Positions 29,152-37,972 of a stretch of DNA of 47,593 bases are shown piece after piece. The translations under genes and the position numbers were made by a program. The DNA lies in assembly GCA_013166835.1 (NCBI GenBank), contig JABLTI010000009.1, forward strand, positions 1 to 47,593, written 5' to 3'. The stretch comes from Promethearchaeati archaeon (GTDB taxonomy: Archaea > Asgardarchaeota > Heimdallarchaeia > JABLTI01). Positions within the stretch are counted from its first letter, which is position 1. Every line of letters starts with the position of its first letter. The notes beneath the pieces were generated by a model. The model saw only the letters and a list, made by a program, of their open reading frames with translations, was not told the origin of the DNA and searched no databases.

Positions 29152-30048
29152 TTGCAGTTAAAACAATCGGGGTATAAGATCTTGAAACTACAAAGAAAGT
29201 TGTTTAGGAAACTATTCAAAGACAAAACCGCAGTTTCTCAAGTTCTTGCTGCAGTAATGATGATTTTTCTATTTATCTCAGCTATAGCAGTAGTTTTTGC
29301 TTGGCTATATCCCACATACAATAATTTCCAGACATCTAATACTATAAACAGTGTAACAACATACATGCTAGATATAGATGAAACTATTTTTGATTTATTC
29401 AGTGAAGGCACTGGTTCAACAAAGGCAGTAAGAACTGATCCAAGTTTCGGACGATTTGACTACGAAGCAGGTAAAAATGTAAGTTTCATTTTTAGTAATA
29501 CTGCTGGAAGCTACAATGAGTCATATACTTTTACTGATTTAGGGAAATTTTCATATCTTCTTGAAAACAGAAGAGGAGTTCTAGTGGCTGTTGGTGATCA
29601 CACATATCTCAAAGGACCGAGCACACAAACAGTTTTCTTCGTGAATGGTTCTACTGATGGCCTAACCTATCAAGGATTAACAAATCTCACATTAATGCGA
29701 CCAGATGACAAAGTTATGAAAATGGAATTAGATTATCGCGTAAAGGTTTATTCTTGGTTTGATTCTGTTAGTAATATCCTCTCAATCTCGATTCAAATCA
29801 TTCAAATCGATATCAAGACAACATCTTTTGGTTACCATAGTTACCAAACACTAAAAATATTCTATAATCAATCAAGTGTAGTCTATTCTGAAAGCACAAA
29901 TGTAGATGATGATTTCTTTGTTTTTGGGTCAATAGCTCAAGGATTTAATCCATCAGAACGAGCATTTACGTTCATTAAACCTTTAGCAGTTGCTAATTAC
30001 GATGTAAATATAGAGATTGTAAGTTCGCAATTCTTGTTTTACTTGTGA
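29152..30048 (+). CDS. Archaeal type IV pilin-like protein (class III signal peptide)
   Basis: Basic leader ...KLFKDKTA|VSQVLAAVMMIFLFISAIAVVFAW, then a beta-rich domain; start codon uncertain. Confidence 0.75.
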   Translation: MQLKQSGYKILKLQRKLFRKLFKDKTAVSQVLAAVMMIFLFISAIAVVFAWLYPTYNNFQTSNTINSVTTYMLDIDETIFDLFSEGTGSTKAVRTDPSFGRFDYEAGKNVSFIFSNTAGSYNESYTFTDLGKFSYLLENRRGVLVAVGDHTYLKGPSTQTVFFVNGSTDGLTYQGLTNLTLMRPDDKVMKMELDYRVKVYSWFDSVSNILSISIQIIQIDIKTTSFGYHSYQTLKIFYNQSSVVYSESTNVDDDFFVFGSIAQGFNPSERAFTFIKPLAVANYDVNIEIVSSQFLFYL

Positions 30049-30148
30049 AACAAGAGCAAATTTCTTATACCTTTTTCATGCTAACTTTTAAATACAAGCT
30101 TATGGTGCCAAATCAGTATTATTATCAAAGAGCTGGAGACTGAATACA

Positions 30149-30457
30149 ATGGTAAAAATTCCTGCAAAAATGCGCACTTACTGCCGAAAATGCAAGAAAC
30201 ATACTGTACAAACTGTTCGACAAGAAAAAGGTGGTCGAAGAGGCAGTGGACTTGTAAAAGGCACAAGAAGAGCAAATAGGCACAAGAAAGGTTCAGGAAA
30301 CAAAGGCAGATATTCCAAGAAAGCAGCTTCTCAGCTAAAGATGGCTTCTAAAACTTCACAAAAAGTAGATCTAAGATTAACTTGCGATGAATGCAAGGCA
30401 ACTTGGGTACGAACCTATCCAAGAGCAAGATCTGTTGAAATTGTAAAGGTCGAATAA
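30149..30457 (+). CDS. rpl44e: 50S ribosomal protein L44e (eL42)
   Basis: MRTYCRKCKKHT...KTSQKVDLRLTCDEC. Confidence 0.95.
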   Translation: MVKIPAKMRTYCRKCKKHTVQTVRQEKGGRRGSGLVKGTRRANRHKKGSGNKGRYSKKAASQLKMASKTSQKVDLRLTCDECKATWVRTYPRARSVEIVKVE

Positions 30458-30579
30458 TCCTATCCCTTTTATTTGCCCTCATTTTCTCTTAATAGAAGAA
30501 ATTATTTTGAGTATTTCTTTATGAAAGTTAGTCATTTTATTAAAGCAATGTATAATATATACATAAAATAACTAACCGT

Positions 30580-31377
30580 GTGTTTAGAATGAGTGGTAAG
30601 GATTACAAAACAATTACAAAAATAATTAATGATTTTAATTTAAAAGATGGAGTACTTGTCCAATGCTTCCCAGGACAAGGTCTTGTAGGTCGTATTGCAG
30701 GTATGCAATTAATTGAGTATTTTAATGCTAAAAAGGCAGCTAAAATTTATTCTTGTTATTTTCCACATTTAGTGATTTTCAATGGTGAACTTGGAAAATT
30801 AGTTCACGCTGAAATTTGGGCAGTTGAGAAAAATAAACCACCCATTGTTATTCTGACTGGGGAAAGTCAACCTCAAGAAGGACCGGATGGTATGTTTGAG
30901 GTAATAAATAATGTTCTAGATCTTGCGGAAAAATGGGGAATAAAAACCGTAGTTGCCATCGGTGGATTTAGACCAGCTGATCTGGAAAAAACACCAGAAG
31001 TTACCGGATTTGCTTACACAGAGAAAGATGCAACCACTCTTAAAGATCATGGAATCAAATTATTTACAGAGGGACGGGTAAGTGGAGCAGTAGGTGTTCT
31101 AACAGCTCTTGCTTCAGAAAGAGGATTGATATCCTATGGTTTAATGGGAAAAGTTAGACCACAAGAAGGTCCTGCTATGGTTTTTGGGGTTGATCCTGTT
31201 GCATCAAAAAATGTTCTTAAAACACTCTCCGAATTACTTGGATTTGAAATGGATCTAACAAAGATGGATCAAATGATCAATGAGATTCAACAAACAGAAG
31301 CAAATGCTATGAGAGTTATTGATGATTTAAACAAAGCACGAATAGATAAAACTGATAGAAAAACCTACTATATATAA
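30580..31377 (+). CDS. PAC2-family proteasome assembly chaperone
   Basis: FPGQGLVGRIA, LTGESQP, IGGF, GRVSGAVG, VDPVAS, C-terminal YYI (HbYX-like). Confidence 0.88.
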   Translation: MFRMSGKDYKTITKIINDFNLKDGVLVQCFPGQGLVGRIAGMQLIEYFNAKKAAKIYSCYFPHLVIFNGELGKLVHAEIWAVEKNKPPIVILTGESQPQEGPDGMFEVINNVLDLAEKWGIKTVVAIGGFRPADLEKTPEVTGFAYTEKDATTLKDHGIKLFTEGRVSGAVGVLTALASERGLISYGLMGKVRPQEGPAMVFGVDPVASKNVLKTLSELLGFEMDLTKMDQMINEIQQTEANAMRVIDDLNKARIDKTDRKTYYI

Positions 31378-31435
31378 AAAAAAGGAAATTTGAGAAGTAT
31401 ATTCTCTAAATTTCTTCATTTATTTTTTCAAAAGC

Positions 31436-32275
31436 CTACTTTTCGATTTCAGCTAGGATATTGTCAACAACAACTTCAAATATTTTCTGGGCATCATTTT
31501 TTGAAGCGACAAATGGTTTTCCAGAATCGGCGAGTGGTACGATTTTTGGATCTAAAGGAATAGCTCCTAAGAAAGGAATGTTCAATTCTTTAGCGGCATT
31601 TTTTCCTCCATCTTTACTGAAAATATTGATTTCCTCATCGCAATGTGGGCATTTGAAACCACTCATATTCTCAACAATTCCTAATACCTTCATACCAACT
31701 TTCTTGACAAAGCTGATTGATTTCTTCACATCTAGTAAAGCAACTTCTTGAGGAGTTGTTACAATTATCACTCCATCTGCTCTAGGAATCATTTGTGCTA
31801 CACTTAAAGGTTCATCACTAGTGCCAGGTGGAAGATCAATAACCAAATAATCAAGGGAACCCCATTTTACATCTCCAAGAAACTGGTTAATCGCACTCAT
31901 CTTTAAGGGACCTCTCCAAATTACTGCATCAGTTTTGTTTTCTAAAAGAAGTTCCATAGAGATAACTTTAACGCCATCAACTGATTCAATTGGGATAATC
32001 TTTTTCTGTTCTTCATCAAATTCTGGTCTAATATCTTCTAATCCAACCATTTTAGGAACATTTGGACCCGTTATATCTGCATCCAGAATACCAACAGATA
32101 ATCCTCTCTTTGCCAATGATGTAGCTAAATTAATAGCTACTGTAGTTTTTCCAACTCCACCTTTCCCACTAGCAACCACTAAAACATGCTTAATATCTTT
32201 TAAGGCGGCCATAATTTTCGCTTTCATAGGATCAATTGCCGGCATACTCGGAGCTTGAATTTTCTTCTCTGCCAT
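31436..32275 (-). CDS. mrp: Mrp/NBP35 (ApbC) Fe-S cluster carrier ATPase
   Basis: [41 protein letters not shown]. Confidence 0.95.
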   Translation of the reverse strand: MAEKKIQAPSMPAIDPMKAKIMAALKDIKHVLVVASGKGGVGKTTVAINLATSLAKRGLSVGILDADITGPNVPKMVGLEDIRPEFDEEQKKIIPIESVDGVKVISMELLLENKTDAVIWRGPLKMSAINQFLGDVKWGSLDYLVIDLPPGTSDEPLSVAQMIPRADGVIIVTTPQEVALLDVKKSISFVKKVGMKVLGIVENMSGFKCPHCDEEINIFSKDGGKNAAKELNIPFLGAIPLDPKIVPLADSGKPFVASKNDAQKIFEVVVDNILAEIEK

Positions 32276-32409
32276 GTTTTTACCTTCAAAATTATTACTC
32301 GTAGTAATGATTCGCAGTTTTTCTTTTAAAATTGACTCTTTATTTGAGAAAGAAGAAAAGAAGAGTAGACTGAGTTTCTAAAGTAGAAACAGTCTATTAA
32401 ATTTGAAAA

Positions 32410-32739
32410 TCAACACCAAGTGATAACTTTCTCATACTTGTCCATTATGACAGTAATAGCTTCATCATAATTTACTTGCTTGATTTTAGGATTAACTTTG
32501 TCACCGATAATTCCACGAGCCTCTAAATCCTCTTTTATGGCATAGATTTCAATACCGTGACTTGTGGCATCAGCAATAATGTTTTCTGCCCCATTCCAAC
32601 AAGCAAGAGTGCTATCTTGAATTAAGAGTATAGCTACATCATCACCATGCTCTTTTTGAGCTGCAGTTATGTCTAAAAGAGTCCCTTGAGCTGCACAAGT
32701 GTAGATGCTCTTTGATGTAATATAAAGTAATTTTGTCAT
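32410..32739 (-). CDS. tusB: DsrH/TusB-like sulfur relay subunit
   Basis: LLIQD, YAIKEDLEARG, C-terminal ITW; third gene of the E-F-H operon. Confidence 0.85.
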   Translation of the reverse strand: MTKLLYITSKSIYTCAAQGTLLDITAAQKEHGDDVAILLIQDSTLACWNGAENIIADATSHGIEIYAIKEDLEARGIIGDKVNPKIKQVNYDEAITVIMDKYEKVITWC

Positions 32740-32750
32740 TTTGTTTTCTC

Positions 32751-33110
32751 CTAAAGTGCAATTGTTGCTTCAGCTTCTTTTATTAACTCGCTGAGATCGT
32801 CAATGGTAATGATCTTCACTTCCAATTTTGGATCAAGATCTTCTGGTTTAATCCCTCTTTGTTTAAGAGAAGATTCAATTGCAAAAATAGGGATATCATA
32901 GCGATGCATTGCTTCGAGTGCACCCATAACGGAGTGATGACCAATACCATCAGGATTTTGATTCTTGATGAGATTAAAAACTCCATCATCAATGAAAACA
33001 GCATCATTCTCGACATCCAACACTAATAATCCTTGAGCAATTCTAACGCCTTCAAGACTATTGATGTGACCGTAAGGACCTTTCCTAAAAATGATTAGAA
33101 CTTTTTCCAA
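32751..33110 (-). CDS. tusC: DsrF/TusC-like sulfur relay subunit
   Basis: RKGPYG, EGVR, FIDDGV, SLKQRG. Confidence 0.85.
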   Translation of the reverse strand: MEKVLIIFRKGPYGHINSLEGVRIAQGLLVLDVENDAVFIDDGVFNLIKNQNPDGIGHHSVMGALEAMHRYDIPIFAIESSLKQRGIKPEDLDPKLEVKIITIDDLSELIKEAEATIAL

Positions 33111-33122
33111 ACTCTTCTCCTC

Positions 33123-33497
33123 CTAGGATGTGAAAATAAGTATTCTATCAGAGTCTTCGACGAACTCACTTAGAGCTCCAAGACCATCAAAACCTGCGCC
33201 TTCAATCAGCAAGTTTTCGTCATGTGTTCCTCGGTATTCAGCACATATCGGACAAGATGCAACTGTAATACCTTCATCAGTTAATTCCTTGAACAATTCA
33301 GCAACATTCCTATCTCGTTCATCTGATGGTTTTATAGTATTTACAGCATTGTAAACACCATCTGTATAGAGATAAATACCTGTGACCTCATGCCCTGCTT
33401 TGACAGCAGCCTTAGCCAGTTTTATCACAGTATCTGAATTCTGAAATGTGTATGGGGAAGTCATTAGTAAAAATGCAATTTTACCCATAATTTTCAC
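33123..33497 (-). CDS. tusD: DsrE/TusD-like sulfurtransferase subunit
   Basis: SPY, GHEV, YLYTDGV, CPICAEYRG (active-site Cys), GLGALSE..SDR; start may be ATG 33488. Confidence 0.88.
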   Translation of the reverse strand: MKIMGKIAFLLMTSPYTFQNSDTVIKLAKAAVKAGHEVTGIYLYTDGVYNAVNTIKPSDERDRNVAELFKELTDEGITVASCPICAEYRGTHDENLLIEGAGFDGLGALSEFVEDSDRILIFTS

Positions 33498-33597
33498 CGT
33501 AATTTTCCTATGAATTGGAAATCTAGTTAATGTATAAGTGAAGCGGTTTAAAAAATAAACTCTCTTGAGACTTTAGAAAATATCTGCTCATCTTTAT

Positions 33598-33756
33598 TTA
33601 AATACCAAAGATAACGATTTTCACCAATTCCTTGTATTTCTTCCTAGTCCGTAACCGGTCAAATTCTTTGTGCTTCTCAGCTCGCTCTAAGTTACTCGGG
33701 TTCGCGAAGACTGCGTCCTGTAAGTTATCGAGTGCGAAACCATCATCTAAGCCCAT
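33598..33756 (-). pseudogene. Orphan fragment resembling the C-terminal cap of a TPR protein
   Basis: Manual translation MGLDDGFALDNLQDAVFANPSNLERAEKHKEFDRLRTRKKYKELVK; pattern ALxxLxxAxxxNPxxxExAxxxxEFDxLR; locally higher GC. Confidence 0.4.
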
Positions 33757-34348
33757 GAAGGGAACTTTGCTTATACAGGTGGTATATCAAGTGTTTTTGT
33801 CTATGAATAATATCAACTAGATTTTGCAACTATTACTGATGATTTTGATTTCACTCTTACTTTGGATTGGAATTTCTACTCCAATTACAACCATTATTCT
33901 TTCTATCTGGATTTTGGTAATTATAATAGCACTTCCGGTGATTTCACCTACAATTCAAGAGTTGGTATTTAGGATCCCCGGGATAATTATAGTGGTAAAT
34001 TCTGGACAAATCATAATGCATCCAATGGTGTTTGGTATGGTGATTATAATATTGTTCAGATAACTTGAGATGATGTAACATTTAGGAATAGAAGAGTTGA
34101 TGGTGATTTAATTTCAACTGTTATAGATGGTGGAGCATTATTAGTAAATCAAACCTATGAAAATACTGGTGGTTTAATTAATAGTATGCAATTGAATTTC
34201 TTACACAATCCAAGCTATATCACCGGTAGTAGTCAAGTTTTTTGCACTGGTTTTTCAGGAAGATTCCTGGTTCAAATTCCCTTGATCTATTATCAAATGA
34301 CACCGATTTAGATGGTTTAAACAATAGTGATGAAATTAATACTAATTA
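33757..34348 (+). pseudogene. Decayed secreted/surface protein fragment ending in a DTDxDGL Ca-binding-type repeat
   Basis: Protein-like frame (FATITDDFDFTLTLDWNFY...) broken by TAA 33808, TAG 33970 and TGA 34066; after a frameshift reads SNDTDLDGLNNSDE. Confidence 0.55.
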
Positions 34349-34439
34349 AATAAAAAACTGAACAAGCTCAAAAGTAGAGGTTTTTCAAGACTAAATTCAA
34401 CATTTAAATTTCCTTTACTAATTAAAGATATGAGCTGCC

Positions 34440-35927
34440 TTGAATTCTTTTGAAAAAACAAAACCTGAAAATCCCTTAATTTCCTCTAACAAGGAAGATT
34501 TTAAATTAGAGAGAAAAATCTCTAAAAAAGATTTCCTGAAGGATATCAACTTTTACGTCACTAAAGTATTGGAAGTGCATCCAGAACCTTTTAGAATAAT
34601 TACTAAAGATCAGTTTGTTAATCAAATAGCGAAGATTAAGGAAGAAATTATTGCCTCTGAGAATGAAGAATTTGATATATTTGAGTGTTATTTTTATATG
34701 CTTGAAATTGCAGCATTAATTCAAGATGGACATACAAGGGTAGTAAATCCACTATCTCAATTCTATGATTATTTAATAAGGAACCGAAGCTTTTTTCCAT
34801 TTGATATTATTATATGTCAAAATCATTTCTTTCTAAGAGAAAATTGGAATGATTCAGGTATACCATTAGGTTCTGAAATTCTATCAATAAATGGATTAAA
34901 ATTAGAAGCAATGTTTAAAGAAACAATCAAATTTTCATCAGGAACTTTTGATGAATATAAAAAAGTATACTGGTGTGAGCTTTTCACAGGAATCCTAGAA
35001 TTTTATTATAAAATTAGTGCCCCTTGGACTATTGAGTATAGAGATAAACTCGGTATAAAAACAATTACCATTGATGTAATAGAATGGACAGAAGAATTGA
35101 AGAATAAAATCTATGAAAAAAGATATCTCTATTCTCATTACACAGTACGAGTAAAGAATGAAGAAGTACCTGTTTTAGTTTTACCAAGTTTGAATTTCAG
35201 TTTTGAATCACCATTCAAAACGGATCTTGATTATTTCTTTGCCAAATACAAAGAAAATAACTATCTTATAATCGATATGAGAAGGAATCTTGGAGGTAAT
35301 GGAATTCTTGGACATTATATCTTAAATCATCTAATAAAAGGTGATACTACTCTGGAAACACATACTTGTTTTGATTTTAAAGCTAGTAAACTCCTCAAGG
35401 AATATATTTCTTTTAGGATTAATTCCTATTTGTATAACGAAAAGATGCCTGTTGACCAACGCAATATTCAAACATATAAACAACTTACAAATGATAGTTC
35501 AAATGCTAGGTTTAACATTAGTGTTCTAGAAGCTAAAGAAAATGATTTTGTTTCAAAAGAGCTTATGAGTCTCGAGCCGATTGAGAGTAAAGCAAAGTTC
35601 AAAGGAAAGGTCTTCTACCTTATTTCAGCTGAAACTTTTTCTGCCGGGGTGGTAACTGCAGCAGCATTTAAACATAACAAATTAGGAGTAGTATTGGGCA
35701 GAGAAACAGGTGGAAGAATTGGATTCTTTAGTGACCCATTAGTTCTTAGTTTACCTAATTCAAACCTTGCAGTAACCCTTCCAGTAGCCATTATGGATCT
35801 TGTTGGAGAAAAGTTAGAAAGAGGGGTTATTCCTGATAACAAGGTTGAATATACTCAAGCTGATTACCTTAATCAATTAGATAAAGACCTAGTTAAAGTT
35901 AAGAAGCTCATTAGGAACGATTTATAG
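34440..35927 (+). CDS. S41-family peptidase
   Basis: QDGHT, GSEILSING (PDZ-like), LIIDMRRNLGGN, TFSAG, GRETGG, GVIPD. Confidence 0.9.
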   Translation: MNSFEKTKPENPLISSNKEDFKLERKISKKDFLKDINFYVTKVLEVHPEPFRIITKDQFVNQIAKIKEEIIASENEEFDIFECYFYMLEIAALIQDGHTRVVNPLSQFYDYLIRNRSFFPFDIIICQNHFFLRENWNDSGIPLGSEILSINGLKLEAMFKETIKFSSGTFDEYKKVYWCELFTGILEFYYKISAPWTIEYRDKLGIKTITIDVIEWTEELKNKIYEKRYLYSHYTVRVKNEEVPVLVLPSLNFSFESPFKTDLDYFFAKYKENNYLIIDMRRNLGGNGILGHYILNHLIKGDTTLETHTCFDFKASKLLKEYISFRINSYLYNEKMPVDQRNIQTYKQLTNDSSNARFNISVLEAKENDFVSKELMSLEPIESKAKFKGKVFYLISAETFSAGVVTAAAFKHNKLGVVLGRETGGRIGFFSDPLVLSLPNSNLAVTLPVAIMDLVGEKLERGVIPDNKVEYTQADYLNQLDKDLVKVKKLIRNDL

Positions 35928-36222
35928 TATTTTGATTTTTTTCCCTTTTTTCTTTTTTTACCAGAGCTATTGAAAATCCTTCGATTAAGAATATCTAAAT
36001 AGTTGTTAGAATAGTTATTTTTTAACTGGGTGTTATTAATTGAAAGATAATAGGTGGCTATTTATTTCCAGTCATTTTATTTTTTCCTAAGAATTTCATA
36101 CAGTTTTTTTAGAACTATTTTTTTATTTTACTTAAGAAAATATATCATCACTTTTATTTATACTAGAAATTACCTTGAAAACAACTTAAAGCTAAAATAA
36201 ACCTATAGGTTTTTGATTAAAT

Positions 36223-36642
36223 ATGGCAGATACAAAAAAAATGGCTATTGTTGTACATTCAGGTACACTTGATTTAGCCTATCCACCATTAATGCTCGCT
36301 GCAGCAGCAGGAGCCAGTGACATGGAAGTTGATATCTTCTTCACTTTCTGGGGTTTAAACCTCTTAAAGAAGAAAGGTCTTAAACGAGCAAAGTTACCTG
36401 GTGCGTGGCGAATGGGTACAGGCATGATGAAAATGATGATCAAGCGAACTGGCATGGCAACCTTACCAGATCTTTTAGAAGGTATCCTTGAGACAGGCAA
36501 AGTAAGACTTTGGGCTTGTACTGCAACTATGGATATTATGATGGTTAAAAAGGAACAATTAATCTCAGAAGTAACAGGTTACATGGGAGCAGCAGGATTT
36601 TTAGATATTGCTGCAGATTGTGACATACAATTATTCATATAA
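36223..36642 (+). CDS. DsrE2-like (DsrE/DsrF/DrsH-like family) protein
   Basis: SGTLDLAYPPLMLA, FFTFWGL, WACTATMD, GAAGFL. Confidence 0.9.
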   Translation: MADTKKMAIVVHSGTLDLAYPPLMLAAAAGASDMEVDIFFTFWGLNLLKKKGLKRAKLPGAWRMGTGMMKMMIKRTGMATLPDLLEGILETGKVRLWACTATMDIMMVKKEQLISEVTGYMGAAGFLDIAADCDIQLFI

Positions 36643-36653
36643 GGTGATTTTAA

Positions 36654-36893
36654 ATGACAGATATGCCAACTGCGGATAAAACAATTGATTGTCGCGACAT
36701 GCAATGTCCTATGCCAATCCTAAAAGCTAAGAAAGAGATACAAAAAATCGAAGTAGGCCAAACATTAGAAGTTCTTTCAAATGATCCTGGTTCTAAAGAA
36801 GATTTTCCACGGTGGGCTAAGCGAACTGGCAACGAATTTCTTGGCGTCTTTGACGACGGTGACACTCATTACTTTATAAAAAGAAAGGTATAA
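36654..36893 (+). CDS. tusA: TusA-family sulfurtransferase
   Basis: DCRDMQCPMPILK, VLSNDPGS, W..RTG; AGGTGA SD. Confidence 0.93.
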   Translation: MTDMPTADKTIDCRDMQCPMPILKAKKEIQKIEVGQTLEVLSNDPGSKEDFPRWAKRTGNEFLGVFDDGDTHYFIKRKV

Positions 36894-36966
36894 CTTATTC
36901 TCTTTTATTTTTTCTTTTTGAATTTTTTTTATTATATTTCGATAGTTATCTGATATACCATAAAAA

Positions 36967-36982
36967 CGGTAAACTTTAAAAG
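36967..36982 (+). promoter_or_regulatory. Putative BRE/TATA promoter for the 5S precursor
   Basis: CGGTAAAC-TTTAAAAG about 25 nt upstream of where the pairing leader (about 37001) begins. Confidence 0.55.
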
Positions 36983-37025
36983 CAAAAGATGAAACGAAAG
37001 AATACGCAGAAACTCATCACCGGAA

Positions 37026-37145
37026 GTTAAGCCTTCAAACGTAGTGGTAATTACTGATCTGAGCGATCGTTCGGGAACATCATTAAGCTGCGTTGCGACG
37101 CGGTCAAAGCTGGAGGGTAACACCCGGACTCGTCCGATCCCGGAA
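37026..37145 (+). rRNA. rrf: 5S rRNA, circularly permuted gene (3' part 37026-37093, linker 37094-37097, 5' part 37098-37145) inside a BHB-like processing stem (37009-37157)
   Basis: 5S 3' motifs GTTAAGCC..TACTG..GGGAA come before 5S 5' motifs CGGTCAAAGC..AACACCCGG..CCGATCCCGGAA; helices I (ACGCGGT/GCTGCGT), II (TGGAGG/CCTTCA), III (CCGG/CCGG with AA bulge) and V (TAGTGGT/ATCATTA) all pair; length 120 nt. Confidence 0.9.
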
Positions 37146-37355
37146 ATGGTGGGTTTCGTTGCTTATTTATCCCATAAATCGTCATTTCTCTTTCTCCTTT
37201 GTAATAACGATTACCACTATCTCATTTACTCCACGAAACCCCTCATTACAAGCAGTTTTTCTAATTTCTTCCTTTTCCACCTGTCTCCAAGCAATCTCAC
37301 CCACTTTTCTTGAGTTGTTTACTGATTAAGGAAATGGATAATTTTATTCTAATCA

Positions 37356-37971
37356 CTATTTTGTCAAAGTGACCTTCATTCCAGCAATCACATTGCAATG
37401 GAATTATGCTTTTTTGAACAATTTTTTAGGATTATTACCAAATTTTTTTATGGCATTCCTGTCAAAAATGTAATCTATATTTAAATTACTAAATGCAAAA
37501 TCTGTGAAATATGGTCTCCGCTCACCTGTGAAAAATTTGAAAGTTCCTTCAGTAATAAAGTGTTTATGTGTTGGATCAGAGTAAGCATTTTTATGATTCC
37601 AATAGGTAATCCTGATTTTCAATTGCCCACCAAGTTTTAGTAATATATAGCATTCACCAACAACTGCCATCATATCGTCTAAGTGTTCTAAAATATCATT
37701 CATTATTATTAAATCAAATGAACCATCCTCGAAACCTCTCTAATGATAAGAGTTTAAATCTTGTATGATGTCAACATTATCCAAAGCAACAATATCAATG
37801 CCTATTGCACCTGGAGTTTTTGCTGTTCCACAACCTACATCTAATATTTTTTATTTGGATCTGGTTCTATGAAAGGTTTTTGAATTGCTTTTGTTTTTAA
37901 ACCAAAAATCTTTCTGAGTTTTCTCGTAATTCTAAAGCTGAGTTTATGCTTGAATTGAACTTTTCAACCAT
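37356..37971 (-). pseudogene. Class I SAM-dependent methyltransferase pseudogene (glycan-locus type)
   Basis: LDVGCG..K..GAIGID..DIIQDLN, FDLIIMNDILEHL, AYSDPTH; broken by frameshifts and in-frame stops (SYH*RG; KKA*FHCNV). Confidence 0.8.
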
Positions 37972-37972
37972 T

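Noticed and set aside
33632-33820. GC-richer stretch considered as a structured ncRNA (RNase P P4-like AAGTTCCC..GGGCTT, or C/D boxes on the minus strand) or as the listed + ORF
   Set aside because: No complete RNase P or C/D architecture could be built; a minus-strand TPR-like protein fragment explains it better.
33808-34068. Possible Sec/Pyl or stop-codon recoding in the interrupted frame
   Set aside because: All three stop types plus a frameshift occur, which indicates decay; other genes in the window use TAA, TAG and TGA as normal stops.
36932-37329. ORFs 36932..37123(-), 37044..37313(+) and 37093..37329(+)
   Set aside because: They overlap the GC-rich 5S sequence and have no protein-like features; the RNA explains the region.
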